Assembly (NCBI GenBank): GCA_963716175.1
Contig: OY970296.1
Location: 2,304,001 to 2,368,000 of the forward strand
DNA from: an uncultured Armatimonadetes bacterium
GTDB lineage: Bacteria; Armatimonadota; Hebobacteria; Hebobacterales; Hebobacteraceae
Direction of reading: 5' to 3'
DNA: 64,000 bases
In this document: positions 49,306 to 58,936 of the stretch, in pieces
Layout of the letters: each line of letters opens with the position of its first letter
Position numbering within the stretch: the stretch's first letter is position 1
The notes under the pieces: model-generated
Told to the model about the DNA's origin: nothing
Databases searched by the model: none
The model's input: the letters and a program-made list of their open reading frames with translations, nothing else
Position numbers and translations under genes: made by a program

Positions 49306-50347
49306 GGGCATGAAGGCGGTCTACCTCTACGGTTCGCGCGATCTGAGGGTGCAGGAGGAGCCGATCCCCGCGCTCACGCAGCCGGACCAGGTGCTGATCG
49401 AGATGGCGGCGGTGGGAGTGTGCGGTTCGGATTGCCATTTCTATGAGCGAGGCCGCATCGGCCGGTTCGTGGTGGAGCAGCCGATCATCCTGGGGCACGA
49501 GTGCTCGGGGCGGGTAGCGGCGGTGGGAAGCGAGGTGAAGGGGCTGGCGCCCGGAGATGCGGTCTGCATTGAGCCCGGCGTGCCATGTCGGCGCTGCCGG
49601 CGGTGCCGGGAGGGGCGCTACAATCTGTGCGAGGTCGGGGTGGTGTTCATGGGCACTCCGCCGGCCGACCACGGCGCTTTCCGCCACTATCTCACCTGGC
49701 CTGCGGACTTCGTCTATAAGCTGCCGGCCGGGGTGAGCCTGGAAGACGGGGCCATGGTGGAGCCGCTGGCGGTGGGGGTCCACGCCTGCCGGCGAGCCGG
49801 CCTCCAGCCGGGCCAGAGCGCGGCAGTGCTGGGGGCAGGGCCGATAGGGCTGCTGGCGCTGCAGGCGGCGGCCGCTTATGGCGCCCACCCGGTGATCGCG
49901 ACTGACCTGATCCCCTTCCGCCTGAGCCTGGCACAGCGGTTAGGAGCGGCGACGGTTGACGCCGCCAGCGCGGACGTCCCGGGCGCGGTTCGCGAGCTGA
50001 CGGAGGGCCGCGGGGTAGACGTGGTGATCGAGACCGCGGGCACAGTAGCCACCATCCGGCAGGCGATGGGCGCGGTGAGGACCGGCGGGGTGGTGGTGCT
50101 GGTGGGCCTGCCGCCGGAGGAGGAGGCGACTCTCCCCCTGATGGATCTGCTGCAGCGGGAGTACGATCTGCACAGCGTATTCCGCTACGCGAACTGCTAT
50201 CTGCCCGCGCTGTCTCTGATCGCGGCTGGGCGGATCAGCCTGGCCCCGCTTCGCACCCACGAGTTTCCGCTGGAGCGAACCGCAGAGGCGATTGAGACCA
50301 CGCTCACGCGCAAGAGCGAAGCGGTGAAGGTGCTGGTCAAGCCGTAG
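49298..50347 (+). CDS. Zn-dependent sorbitol/xylitol dehydrogenase family
   Basis: GVCGSD, LGHECSG, IEPGVPC, GAGPIG, VFRYAN. Confidence 0.9.
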   Translation: MGKGMKAVYLYGSRDLRVQEEPIPALTQPDQVLIEMAAVGVCGSDCHFYERGRIGRFVVEQPIILGHECSGRVAAVGSEVKGLAPGDAVCIEPGVPCRRCRRCREGRYNLCEVGVVFMGTPPADHGAFRHYLTWPADFVYKLPAGVSLEDGAMVEPLAVGVHACRRAGLQPGQSAAVLGAGPIGLLALQAAAAYGAHPVIATDLIPFRLSLAQRLGAATVDAASADVPGAVRELTEGRGVDVVIETAGTVATIRQAMGAVRTGGVVVLVGLPPEEEATLPLMDLLQREYDLHSVFRYANCYLPALSLIAAGRISLAPLRTHEFPLERTAEAIETTLTRKSEAVKVLVKP

Positions 50348-50365
50348 CTGCCGTAGCTGCCGAGG

Positions 50366-50394
50366 TTGACGCTCCGGGCGAAGCTGGCTAGAAT
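50366..50394 (+). promoter_or_regulatory. sigma70-type promoter upstream of nuo operon
   Basis: TTGACG-17 bp-TAGAAT. Confidence 0.8.
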
Positions 50395-50645
50395 TGCCTC
50401 CCGGACCGGATCTGGGCCGGCCTTGGGCGAGACTCGTGCTGCCTGGCGAAGTTTCGCTGCTTCGCAGGGCAGCAGGTGAAGGGTAGGCCGGCGCCGAAGT
50501 TCGCTCCTGCAGCCACAGACGTGTCGCAGTGCGGCGCGCCGCGCCCGCGGACGACGAAGGTCTGATCCGAGGTCTCGCCATGGGAGCCCGCTGAGGGCTC
50601 CCTATGTATGCGGCGACGCCAGACGGGTCGCCGCAGAGCAGTGTT

Positions 50646-50671
50646 GGCGGGCATGGGCATGCCCGCCCTAC
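50646..50671 (-). repeat. GTAG-type REP-like palindrome
   Basis: GTAGGGCGGGCATGCCCATGCCCGCC, same stem as 23608-23661. Confidence 0.65.
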
Positions 50672-50685
50672 AGTGCGAGATGGGA

Positions 50686-51042
50686 ATGAATAACCAATAC
50701 GCGTATGTCGCCGTGTTCACCCTCGTGGGGGTAGTGTTCCTGATCGCGGCGCTGGTTATTGCCTGGGTGCTCCGCCCCAGCCGGCCCTCGAAGGCGAAGT
50801 CCATGCCTTACGAGTGCGGCATCATCCCGGTGGGGGATGCCTGGAGTCAGTTCAACCCTCGCTATTACATCTTCGCCCTGCTCTTCTTGCTGTTCGACGT
50901 GGAGGTGGCGTACCTGTACCCGTGGGCGGTGCGGGTGGGGAAGCTGGGGGCCTATGCGGTGGTGGAAATGCTGATCTTCCTGCTGATTCTGGCCTTCGGG
51001 CTGGGATACGCGTGGAGGGAGGGCGGCCTGAAGTGGGAGTAG
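50686..51042 (+). CDS. nuoA: NADH-quinone oxidoreductase subunit A
   Basis: PYECG, FLLFDVE, YPWA. Confidence 0.93.
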   Translation: MNNQYAYVAVFTLVGVVFLIAALVIAWVLRPSRPSKAKSMPYECGIIPVGDAWSQFNPRYYIFALLFLLFDVEVAYLYPWAVRVGKLGAYAVVEMLIFLLILAFGLGYAWREGGLKWE

Positions 51043-51605
51043 CCCCCCCAGGCGGCGGGCAGGCGAGACAGGCCCACCCCACAGGGCCGGAATCAGAGCG
51101 TCCCAGTCCTCTCAGCCGCAGCGCAGAGGTGATCTGCCGCGTCCCCGGCGGCAGTCTCCTGCTCACCACCGTGGACAAGGTGCTCAACTGGGGCCGGGCC
51201 TCCTCCCTCTGGTACTTGACCTATGGGCTGGCCTGCTGCGCCATCGAGATGATGTGCACGGCCGCCTCTCGCTATGACCTCGACCGCTTCGGCCTGATCT
51301 TCCGGGGGACGCCGCGGCAGTCGGACCTGATGATCGTGTCAGGCACCGTGACCAAGAAGATGGCCCCGGTGCTGCGGCAGCTCTATGACCAGATGGCCGA
51401 CCCGAAGTATGTGCTCGCCCTCGGGGGGTGCGCCTGCGAGGGCGGGCCTTTCCACGACTCCTATTTCGTGGTGCAGGGAGTGGACCAGATCGTGCCCGTG
51501 GATGTGTACGTGGCGGGATGCCCCCCCCGACCCGAGGCGCTGATTGATGGGATCTTCAAGCTGCAGGAGAAGATCAGCCGCGAATCTCTGCGGTGCCCGA
51601 AGTGA
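51033..51605 (+). CDS. nuoB: Subunit B
   Basis: [21 protein letters not shown]. Confidence 0.93.
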   Translation: MGVAPPGGGQARQAHPTGPESERPSPLSRSAEVICRVPGGSLLLTTVDKVLNWGRASSLWYLTYGLACCAIEMMCTAASRYDLDRFGLIFRGTPRQSDLMIVSGTVTKKMAPVLRQLYDQMADPKYVLALGGCACEGGPFHDSYFVVQGVDQIVPVDVYVAGCPPRPEALIDGIFKLQEKISRESLRCPK

Positions 51606-52048
51606 TGCTGGAGAAGCTGCGAGCGCAATTGGGTGAGGCGATCGAGTCGGCGGAGGAGGTGGGCCGGGAGCTGCGGCTGTGGGTGGCCGCGGGGTCGCTG
51701 GTGGCGCTGGCGCGAGCGTGCAAGGAGGAGGGCTTCGCCTACCTGGCCGACATCACCGCGGTGGACACGGGTGAGGAGCTGCGAGCGGTCTACCGGCTGA
51801 TTTCGTTCGCCACCGGGCAGCACGCGGTGATCAGTGTGGGGGCGCCGCGCTCGGGGGCGCGGCTGCCGAGTGTGACGGGAGTGTACCGGGGGGCGGAGTG
51901 GCCGGAGCGCGAGGTCTACGACATGTTCGGGGTGCGCTTCGACGGCCACCCGGACCTGCGCCGCATTCTGCTGACCGATGACTGGCAGGGGCACCCACTG
52001 CTCAAGTCTTTCGTGCTGGGAACCGAGTCGGGACACCGCGGCGGCTAG
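51593..52048 (+). CDS. nuoC: Subunit C
   Basis: [26 protein letters not shown]. Confidence 0.92.
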   Translation: MPEVMLEKLRAQLGEAIESAEEVGRELRLWVAAGSLVALARACKEEGFAYLADITAVDTGEELRAVYRLISFATGQHAVISVGAPRSGARLPSVTGVYRGAEWPEREVYDMFGVRFDGHPDLRRILLTDDWQGHPLLKSFVLGTESGHRGG

Positions 52049-52049
52049 C

Positions 52050-53159
52050 ATGACCCAGAGCCTGACCCCAACCGAGCAGATCATCCTCAACATGGGGCCG
52101 CAGCACCCCAGCACCCATGGGGTGCTGCGCCTGCAGCTCACCCTGGAGGGAGAGGTGGTGGTGGGCTGCAGGCCGGTGATCGGCTATCTGCACCGGGGAG
52201 TGGAGAAGATCGGGGAGGCGCGTACCTATCCCCAGGTGATCCCTTACACCGACCGGCTCGACTATCTGAGCAGCGCCTCCAACAACCTGGCCTATGTGCA
52301 GGCAGTGGAGAAGCTGATGGGGGTGGAGGTCCCAGCGCGGGCCCAGCACCTGCGGGTGATCCTGCTGGAGCTGAACCGGATCGCCAGCCACTTGATGTTC
52401 GTGGCCAGCTTCGCCAACGACCTGGCGGCGACGACGGTCTTCCTCTACGCGCTGCGCGAGCGCGAGCCGATCATGGACCTGTTCGAGATGTGGACCGGGG
52501 CGCGGCTGACGCAGACCTGGGTGCGGGTGGGCGGAGTGGCGCAGGATATCCCCGACGGGTTTGTGCAGAAGGCGCGGGAGTACTGCCGCATGCTGCCGGG
52601 CCGGCTGGACGAGTACGATCGGCTACTCACCGGCAATCGCATCTTCCGGGTGCGGACGGAGGGAGTAGGCATCTTGCCTCCCGAGGAGGCGATTGATTAT
52701 GGATGCAGTGGGCCCACGCTGCGGGGGAGCGGAGTGAGCTACGATGTGCGGCGGGCGGAGCCCTACGAGGTCTACGATCAGCTCAGCTTCGAGGTGGTGA
52801 CCGCAGAGAGCTGTGATTGCATGGGCCGCTACCTGGTGCGGATGGAGGAGATGCGGCAGAGCCTGCGCATCATCGAGCAGTGCCTGGACCGGCTCCCGGA
52901 GGGCGAGGTGCTGGCGAAGGTGCCGCGGGCGCTGCGGCCCCCGGCCGGGGAGGCCTATGGCCGAGTCGAGTCGCCCCGGGGGGATTTCGGCTGCTGGGTG
53001 GTAAGCGATGGCGGCCTGCAGCCGGTGCGGGTGCGGTTTCGCGCCCCGTCTTTCTTCCACTTGCAGGCCCTGCCCCGCATCCTGCAGGGCTGGAAGATCG
53101 GGGACGTGGTGGCGATCCTGGGCAGCATTGATATCGTGTTGGGCGAGGTGGACCGATGA
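52050..53159 (+). CDS. nuoD: Subunit D
   Basis: NMGPQHPSTHGVLRL, GYLHRG, DRLDY, GEVDR. Confidence 0.95.
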   Translation: MTQSLTPTEQIILNMGPQHPSTHGVLRLQLTLEGEVVVGCRPVIGYLHRGVEKIGEARTYPQVIPYTDRLDYLSSASNNLAYVQAVEKLMGVEVPARAQHLRVILLELNRIASHLMFVASFANDLAATTVFLYALREREPIMDLFEMWTGARLTQTWVRVGGVAQDIPDGFVQKAREYCRMLPGRLDEYDRLLTGNRIFRVRTEGVGILPPEEAIDYGCSGPTLRGSGVSYDVRRAEPYEVYDQLSFEVVTAESCDCMGRYLVRMEEMRQSLRIIEQCLDRLPEGEVLAKVPRALRPPAGEAYGRVESPRGDFGCWVVSDGGLQPVRVRFRAPSFFHLQALPRILQGWKIGDVVAILGSIDIVLGEVDR

Positions 53160-54193
53160 CCCCGGCGGTGGGCGCCTATCAGAGCCTGATGACCTGGTGG
53201 CTGCGGCGCAACTGGCCGGGCTGGATCGCGGAGTTCATCTGGATGGTGCTGATGGCGGCCATCCTGACCGCGTTCATCATGGTCACGGTGCTGATCCTGG
53301 TGTGGCTGGAGCGCAAGATCTCCGGTGATATCCAGAGCCGGGTGGGGCCCAACCGGGTGGGAGGGCGGTTTGGCCTGCTGCAGACCGCGGCCGACGCCCT
53401 GAAGCTGTTGATGAAAGAGGACATCATCCCCGCGGGCGCGGACTGGGCGGTGTTCGTGCTGGCCCCGTTCGTGGTGTTCGTGCCCACACTGCTGGTGTTC
53501 ATGGTGATCCCGTTCAGCGACCACTGGATGGTGAAGGACCTGAACTTGGGTGTGCTCTTCGTGATCGCGGTCTCCGCCTTCCCCACCATCGGGCTGATCA
53601 TGGCAGGCTGGGCCTCGAACAACAAGTACGCCATTCTGGGGGCGCTGCGGGCGGCGGCGCAGAGCCTGAGCTACGAGATCCCGCTGGTGCTGGCGGTGGT
53701 GTGCGTGGTGGTGGCGGCGGGCTCGCTGCGGGTGGGCGAGATCGTGGCGGCGCAGCGGGGCGGGCACTGGTTCATCCTTCGGTTCCCGCTGCAGCTCGCC
53801 TTCATCATCTACTTCATCACCGCCATGGCCGAGGTGAACCGGGTACCCTTCGATCTCCCGGAGGCGGAGAGCGAGCTGGTGGCGGGCTATCACTGCGAGT
53901 ACTCGGGGATGCGGTTCGCCTTCTTCTTCCTGGCCGAGTTCGCCCATCTCTTCTTCGTCTCCGCGTTCTGCGCCACCCTGTTCCTGGGGGCCTGGGAGGG
54001 GCCGTGGCTGCCTCCGGCGGTCTGGTTCCTGATCAAGAGCTACGGGCTCGTGATCGTGATCATGTGGGTGCGGTGGACGCTGCCGCGGCTGCGCATTGAC
54101 CAGCTCATGGGGTTTGCCTGGAAGCTGCTGGTGCCGGTGGGGCTGGCGGCGGTGATGCTGACCGCGCTGGTGAGGATGCAGGGCAGATGGTGA
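53156..54193 (+). CDS. nuoH: Subunit H
   Basis: ERK..Q.RVGPNR, SYEIP, PFDLPEAESEL. Confidence 0.95.
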   Translation: MTPAVGAYQSLMTWWLRRNWPGWIAEFIWMVLMAAILTAFIMVTVLILVWLERKISGDIQSRVGPNRVGGRFGLLQTAADALKLLMKEDIIPAGADWAVFVLAPFVVFVPTLLVFMVIPFSDHWMVKDLNLGVLFVIAVSAFPTIGLIMAGWASNNKYAILGALRAAAQSLSYEIPLVLAVVCVVVAAGSLRVGEIVAAQRGGHWFILRFPLQLAFIIYFITAMAEVNRVPFDLPEAESELVAGYHCEYSGMRFAFFFLAEFAHLFFVSAFCATLFLGAWEGPWLPPAVWFLIKSYGLVIVIMWVRWTLPRLRIDQLMGFAWKLLVPVGLAAVMLTALVRMQGRW

Positions 54194-54663
54194 GGGCAAA
54201 GCGGCACAACCTGGTGGCCGAGGTTGCCATCGGGGCCTGGAGCATCATCAAGGGCCTGGCGGTGACGCTGTGGAACTGGATGCGGCGGCCCCGCATCACC
54301 GAGAACTACCCGGCGCAGCCCGCCCATGTCTACCCTCGCCTCCGGGGCCGCATGGTGCACAAGCGAGACGAGCAAGGCCGGCTGAAGTGCACCGCTTGCC
54401 TGGCCTGCCAGAAGGCGTGCCCGACACTGGCGATTCCGCTGATCAAGGGCGATGACAAGAAAGGGCGAGAGAAAAGGGCGGCCGCCTATGTGTGGGACGG
54501 GGCGCGGTGTCTGTTCTGCAATTTCTGCGTGGAGGCCTGCCCGTTCGATGCCATCGTGCTCGGCAAGGCTTACAGCACACTGGGGGAATCCCGGGCCGAC
54601 ACCCACCGCGACCTGGAGCAGTTGCTGGAGCCCTGGCCGCGGCCGGCAGGAGCAGCGAAGTGA
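54187..54663 (+). CDS. nuoI: Subunit I
   Basis: Two CxxCxxCxxxCP motifs. Confidence 0.92.
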   Translation: MVRAKRHNLVAEVAIGAWSIIKGLAVTLWNWMRRPRITENYPAQPAHVYPRLRGRMVHKRDEQGRLKCTACLACQKACPTLAIPLIKGDDKKGREKRAAAYVWDGARCLFCNFCVEACPFDAIVLGKAYSTLGESRADTHRDLEQLLEPWPRPAGAAK

Positions 54664-55193
54664 CCGGGGCGATCGCACAGCACCTTCAGGCCGGGTCCTT
54701 CTGGTATCCCCTCGCGTTCATCTGCTTTGCCGCGGGGGTGCTGATCCCCGGCCTGCTGGTGGTGCTCTCCCGCAACATCTTGCACTGCGCGCTGTGGCTG
54801 CTGCCCTGCCTGGCGAGCGTGGCCGGCCTCTTCCTGCTGCTAGGCGCGGAGATGCTGGCGGCGGTTCAAATCCTGGTCTACTGCGGCGGCATCGTAGTGT
54901 TGATCCTGTTCGCGGTGATGCTGACCTATGGGGTGGGGCATGCCGATGTGCGGGTGCACAACCAGCAGTTGCTGTGGGGCTTCATCGGTGCGGCCGCGCT
55001 GGCGGGCGTGATGCTGCACCTGCTGAGCCAACAGGTATGGCCGCTGGCGGCGGGGGCGGGCCTGGGAGATGTCACCGGGCGGCTGGCCGAGGCGCTGCTC
55101 AGACCTTACGTGTTGGCCTTTGAGGTGGCCTCGGTGGTGCTGCTGGTGGCGATGGTGGGGGCCATCGTGATCGCGCGGGCGGAGCCGGAATGA
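54660..55193 (+). CDS. nuoJ: Subunit J
   Basis: QILVYCGGIVVLILF, FEVASVVLL. Confidence 0.92.
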   Translation: MTGAIAQHLQAGSFWYPLAFICFAAGVLIPGLLVVLSRNILHCALWLLPCLASVAGLFLLLGAEMLAAVQILVYCGGIVVLILFAVMLTYGVGHADVRVHNQQLLWGFIGAAALAGVMLHLLSQQVWPLAAGAGLGDVTGRLAEALLRPYVLAFEVASVVLLVAMVGAIVIARAEPE

Positions 55194-55513
55194 GTCCCTT
55201 GCCACCAGTTCCGATACAGGGTTATCTCGTCGTCAGCGTGTTGCTGTTCGCCATCGGCTTGCTGGGTGTGTTCGCGCGGCGCAATGCCATTGCGGTCTTG
55301 ATGGGCGTGGAGCTGATGCTGAACGCGGCCAACATCAACTTCGTTGCCTTCTGGCGCTACGGCGGCGGGGCGCAGATGGAGGGCCAGGTGTTCACCGTGG
55401 TCGTTATCACGGTGGCCGCGGCGGAGGCGGCGATCGCGCTGGCGATCACCCTCAATGTCTACCGGCGGTTCAAGACCGTGAACGTGGATCAGATCAATCT
55501 GATGAAGGGTTAG
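55190..55513 (+). CDS. nuoK: Subunit K
   Basis: RRN, ELMLNA, AAAEAA. Confidence 0.93.
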   Translation: MSPLPPVPIQGYLVVSVLLFAIGLLGVFARRNAIAVLMGVELMLNAANINFVAFWRYGGGAQMEGQVFTVVVITVAAAEAAIALAITLNVYRRFKTVNVDQINLMKG

Positions 55514-55514
55514 C

Positions 55515-57422
55515 TTGCTGGGCGACTTTGCGCTATTTCTGATTCCGGGGCTGCCGCTGCTGGCATTTCTGCTGATCGCGGCCTTCCTGCTGCGGCCGCC
55601 GCGGGAGGGGGCGGCGCCGCTGGTGATAATCGCCGCGCTGGGTGGCTCGCTGGTGCTCTCCATCCAGGCGCTGGCGCGGGCGGCGGCCGGGAACCCACTC
55701 TCGCTCACCTTGCCCTGGCTATCGGTGGGCGCGATCACGCTGGATGCGGGCGTGCTGGTGGATCACCTCTCCGGGGTGATGCTGGTGGTGGTGGCCCTGG
55801 TCAGCCTGCTGGTGCAGATCTACTCCATCGGCTACATGCGGGGCGAGCTCGGGTACGGCCGCTACTTCGCCTACATGTCGCTGTTCAGCGGCTCCATGCT
55901 GGGCCTGGTGATCTCCGATAACATCGTCCAGACCTACATCTTCTGGGAGCTGGTGGGGATCTGCTCCTACCTGCTGATCGGTTTCTGGTACCGCCGGCCG
56001 GCGGCGGCCGCGGCGGCCAAGAAGGCGTTCGTGGTCACTCGTTTCGGCGACCTGGGTTTCCTGACGGCGGTGCTGGTGCTGTCCTTCCAGCATCCGCCGG
56101 TGTTCGGCTTCCAGCAGCTCGCGCACATGGTGAGAGGCGGGGTGATTGCGAGCGGGACGGTGACCGCGGTGTCGCTGCTGCTGTTCAGCGGCGCGGTGGG
56201 CAAAAGCGCGCAGTTCCCGCTCCACATCTGGCTGCCGGATGCCATGGAGGGCCCGACCCCGGTGAGCGCTCTCATCCACGCCGCCACCATGGTCGCCGCT
56301 GGCGTCTACCTGGTCGCCCGCGCCTACTTCTTCTTCGCGGCGGCGCCGGCCGCGCTCTTCGTGGTGGCCCTGATCGGGGTGCTCACGCTGTTTCTCGCCG
56401 CCACCATGGGTGTGGCCGAGGACGATATCAAGCGGGTGCTTGCCTACTCGACGATCAGCCAGTTGGGCTACATGATGCTCGCCCTCGGCGTGGGCGGGTA
56501 CGGGCCCGCCATCTTCCACCTCACCACCCACGCCTTCTTCAAGGCCCTGCTCTTCCTCACCGCCGGCAGCGTCATCCATGCCGTGCACAGCAATGACATG
56601 TGGCAGATGGGCGGACTCGCCAGGCGGATGCCCATCACCGCGATCACCTGCCTGGTCGGCGCGCTGGCGCTCTCGGGCATCTTCCCGCTTGCGGGATTCT
56701 GGAGCAAGGACGCGGTGCTGGCCGCGATCTGGTCTTCGCAATTGCCTGGCCACCAGGTGATGCTCGCCCTCGCCCTCGTCGGCGTCAGCCTGACCGCGTT
56801 CTACATGTTCCGGCTCTGGTTCGTCACATTCACGGGGGAGCCGCGGACCGAGTCCGCGGCCCACGCGCACGAATCGCCCCTGGTGATGACGGTGCCGCTA
56901 GTTCTGCTGGCTGCGCTCGCGGTCATCGCCGGCGCCCTTAAGATCCACGTGCCCTGGACGAGCGCAGGCATCACCGAGCTCATCCGCTTCGGGCACGAGC
57001 GGGAGACCACCTCCGCGCTGGTGATCGCCGGCTCCTTGCTCTTCGCCATGGGCGGGATCGGCGTGGCGTGGGCGGCCTACCGCGCGGAGCACATGTCCTC
57101 CGCCGCGTTCAACGCCCGCTTCCCCGCGGTCTTCCAGTTGTTGAAGAACGCCTGGTACTTCAACCGGGGCTGGGAGCTGTTCGCCACCCGAGTGGTGATC
57201 GCGGGTTCTCGGGTAGCGGCCTGGTTCGACCGGCACGTGGTGAATGGCATGGTGGATGGGGTGGCCTGGCTTTCGGGATGGACGAGCCAGCGGCTGCGGG
57301 TGGTGCAGACCGGCCAGCTGCAGTTCTACGCTCTCATACTGATCCTGGGATTGGTGGCAGGCCTGCTGGCCATCTTCGGGCGTAGCGAGCCGCTGCTGGC
57401 GCTGGTGGCGCGATGGCCATGA
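55515..57422 (+). CDS. nuoL: Subunit L
   Basis: GKSAQFPLHIWLPDAMEGPTPVSALIHAATMV, HAFFKALLF. Confidence 0.95.
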   Translation: MLGDFALFLIPGLPLLAFLLIAAFLLRPPREGAAPLVIIAALGGSLVLSIQALARAAAGNPLSLTLPWLSVGAITLDAGVLVDHLSGVMLVVVALVSLLVQIYSIGYMRGELGYGRYFAYMSLFSGSMLGLVISDNIVQTYIFWELVGICSYLLIGFWYRRPAAAAAAKKAFVVTRFGDLGFLTAVLVLSFQHPPVFGFQQLAHMVRGGVIASGTVTAVSLLLFSGAVGKSAQFPLHIWLPDAMEGPTPVSALIHAATMVAAGVYLVARAYFFFAAAPAALFVVALIGVLTLFLAATMGVAEDDIKRVLAYSTISQLGYMMLALGVGGYGPAIFHLTTHAFFKALLFLTAGSVIHAVHSNDMWQMGGLARRMPITAITCLVGALALSGIFPLAGFWSKDAVLAAIWSSQLPGHQVMLALALVGVSLTAFYMFRLWFVTFTGEPRTESAAHAHESPLVMTVPLVLLAALAVIAGALKIHVPWTSAGITELIRFGHERETTSALVIAGSLLFAMGGIGVAWAAYRAEHMSSAAFNARFPAVFQLLKNAWYFNRGWELFATRVVIAGSRVAAWFDRHVVNGMVDGVAWLSGWTSQRLRVVQTGQLQFYALILILGLVAGLLAIFGRSEPLLALVARWP

Positions 57423-58936
57423 TGGCGCTGAGCCACCCGCTGACCATGATCCTGCTCTCACCGCTGGTGGCGGCCCTGGTGATCATGCTGGTGCCGCGGC
57501 GCAGCCTGCTGGCGGTGCGCCTGATCGCGGCGGTGGCGACCAGCGCTGCTCTCGTGCTCTCCGTCGGGCTCTGCTATCTCTACCTGAGCGAGGGCCGGCG
57601 CGGGCTGCAGTTCGCCGACCGTGCGGACTGGGTGGTGGGGCCTGGGATCAGCTACTTCGTGGCGGCAGATGGGGTGAGCCTATCACTGGTGCTGCTGACC
57701 GCGCTGGTGATCTTCTGTGGGGTGTTCGCCTCCTGGACCGTGGTTTACCGCACCAAGGAGTTCTACTGCCTGCTGCTGCTGCTGGTGACCGGCGTGTTCG
57801 GGGTCTTCATCGCCCAGGACCTGTTCTTCTTCTTCCTGTTCTACGAGGTGGCGGTGCTGCCGATGTACCTGCTGATCGGCATCTGGGGCACCGGACCCAA
57901 AGAGTACTCGGCGATGAAGCTGACCCTCTATCTGCTGGTGGGCAGCGCTTTCATGCTGGTGGGCATTCTGGGGATGTACTTCGCGGCCATCCTGCCGGCC
58001 GGCCAGGGCCGGACCTTCGACCTCACGGTGCTCACGAAGGCGAGCTATGCTCACAACTTCCAGGTGATCGCCTTCTTCCTGCTCTATCTTGGCTTCGGCA
58101 TCCTGGCCGGCATCTGGCCCCTGCACACCTGGTCGCCGGATGGCCACGCTTCTGCGCCCACCGCGGTCTCGATGCTGCACGCGGGGGTGCTGATGAAGCT
58201 GGGCGCTTACGGCGTGCTGCGGGTGGGCTTCGGCTGCTTGCCCGCGGGGGCGCAGAGCTGGGTGTGGCTGGTGGGCGCGATCGCGGTGATCAACATCGGC
58301 TATGGGGCCTATGTGGCGATGGGTCAGCGGGATCTGAAATACGTGATTGCCTACTCCAGCGTCAGCCACATGGGGCTGGTGATGCTGGGGCTGGCCGCCT
58401 TCAACGAGGTGGCGATGAATGGCGCGGTGCTCCAGATGTTCTCCCATGGCATCATGACCGGGCTCTTCTTCGCCCTGGTGGGGCTGGTCTACGAGAAGTC
58501 GCATACCCGGGACATCGAGGCCATGGGGGGGCTGGCGCGCCGCATGCCGGGCATCGCTCTCGCCTTCACCATTGGGGGCCTGGCGTCATTCGGGCTGCCG
58601 GGCACGAGCGGATTTGTGGCCGAGCTGCTGGTATTCCTGGGGACGTTCCGGGCGCACGTGCATAGCTACCTGATCTGGGGAGTTCCTCTGTTCCCGATCC
58701 TGGCCGTGGGCGCGGTGATCGCAATTGTGGTGACCGCGACCTATGTGCTGCGGGTGCTGCAGCGAGTGTTCCATGGGCCCATGGATGAGGCGAAGTACGG
58801 GGAAGTGCCGGATGCCCACACCACGGAGTGGGTGACCCTGGTGGTGCTGGGCGGACTGCTGGTGGTGATCGGAGTCTATCCCTCCCCGCTGACCAACCTG
58901 ATCGGCAGCAGCCTAGGGCCGCTGCTGAGGCCATGA
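57413..58936 (+). CDS. nuoM: Subunit M
   Basis: PLHTWSPDGH, KLGAYG, AYSSVSHMG. Confidence 0.93.
   Translation: MAMMALSHPLTMILLSPLVAALVIMLVPRRSLLAVRLIAAVATSAALVLSVGLCYLYLSEGRRGLQFADRADWVVGPGISYFVAADGVSLSLVLLTALVIFCGVFASWTVVYRTKEFYCLLLLLVTGVFGVFIAQDLFFFFLFYEVAVLPMYLLIGIWGTGPKEYSAMKLTLYLLVGSAFMLVGILGMYFAAILPAGQGRTFDLTVLTKASYAHNFQVIAFFLLYLGFGILAGIWPLHTWSPDGHASAPTAVSMLHAGVLMKLGAYGVLRVGFGCLPAGAQSWVWLVGAIAVINIGYGAYVAMGQRDLKYVIAYSSVSHMGLVMLGLAAFNEVAMNGAVLQMFSHGIMTGLFFALVGLVYEKSHTRDIEAMGGLARRMPGIALAFTIGGLASFGLPGTSGFVAELLVFLGTFRAHVHSYLIWGVPLFPILAVGAVIAIVVTATYVLRVLQRVFHGPMDEAKYGEVPDAHTTEWVTLVVLGGLLVVIGVYPSPLTNLIGSSLGPLLRP

Noticed and set aside
50341-50362. Short GCCGTAGCT tandem repeat at a stop codon
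   Set aside because: About 2.5 units only; no functional evidence.
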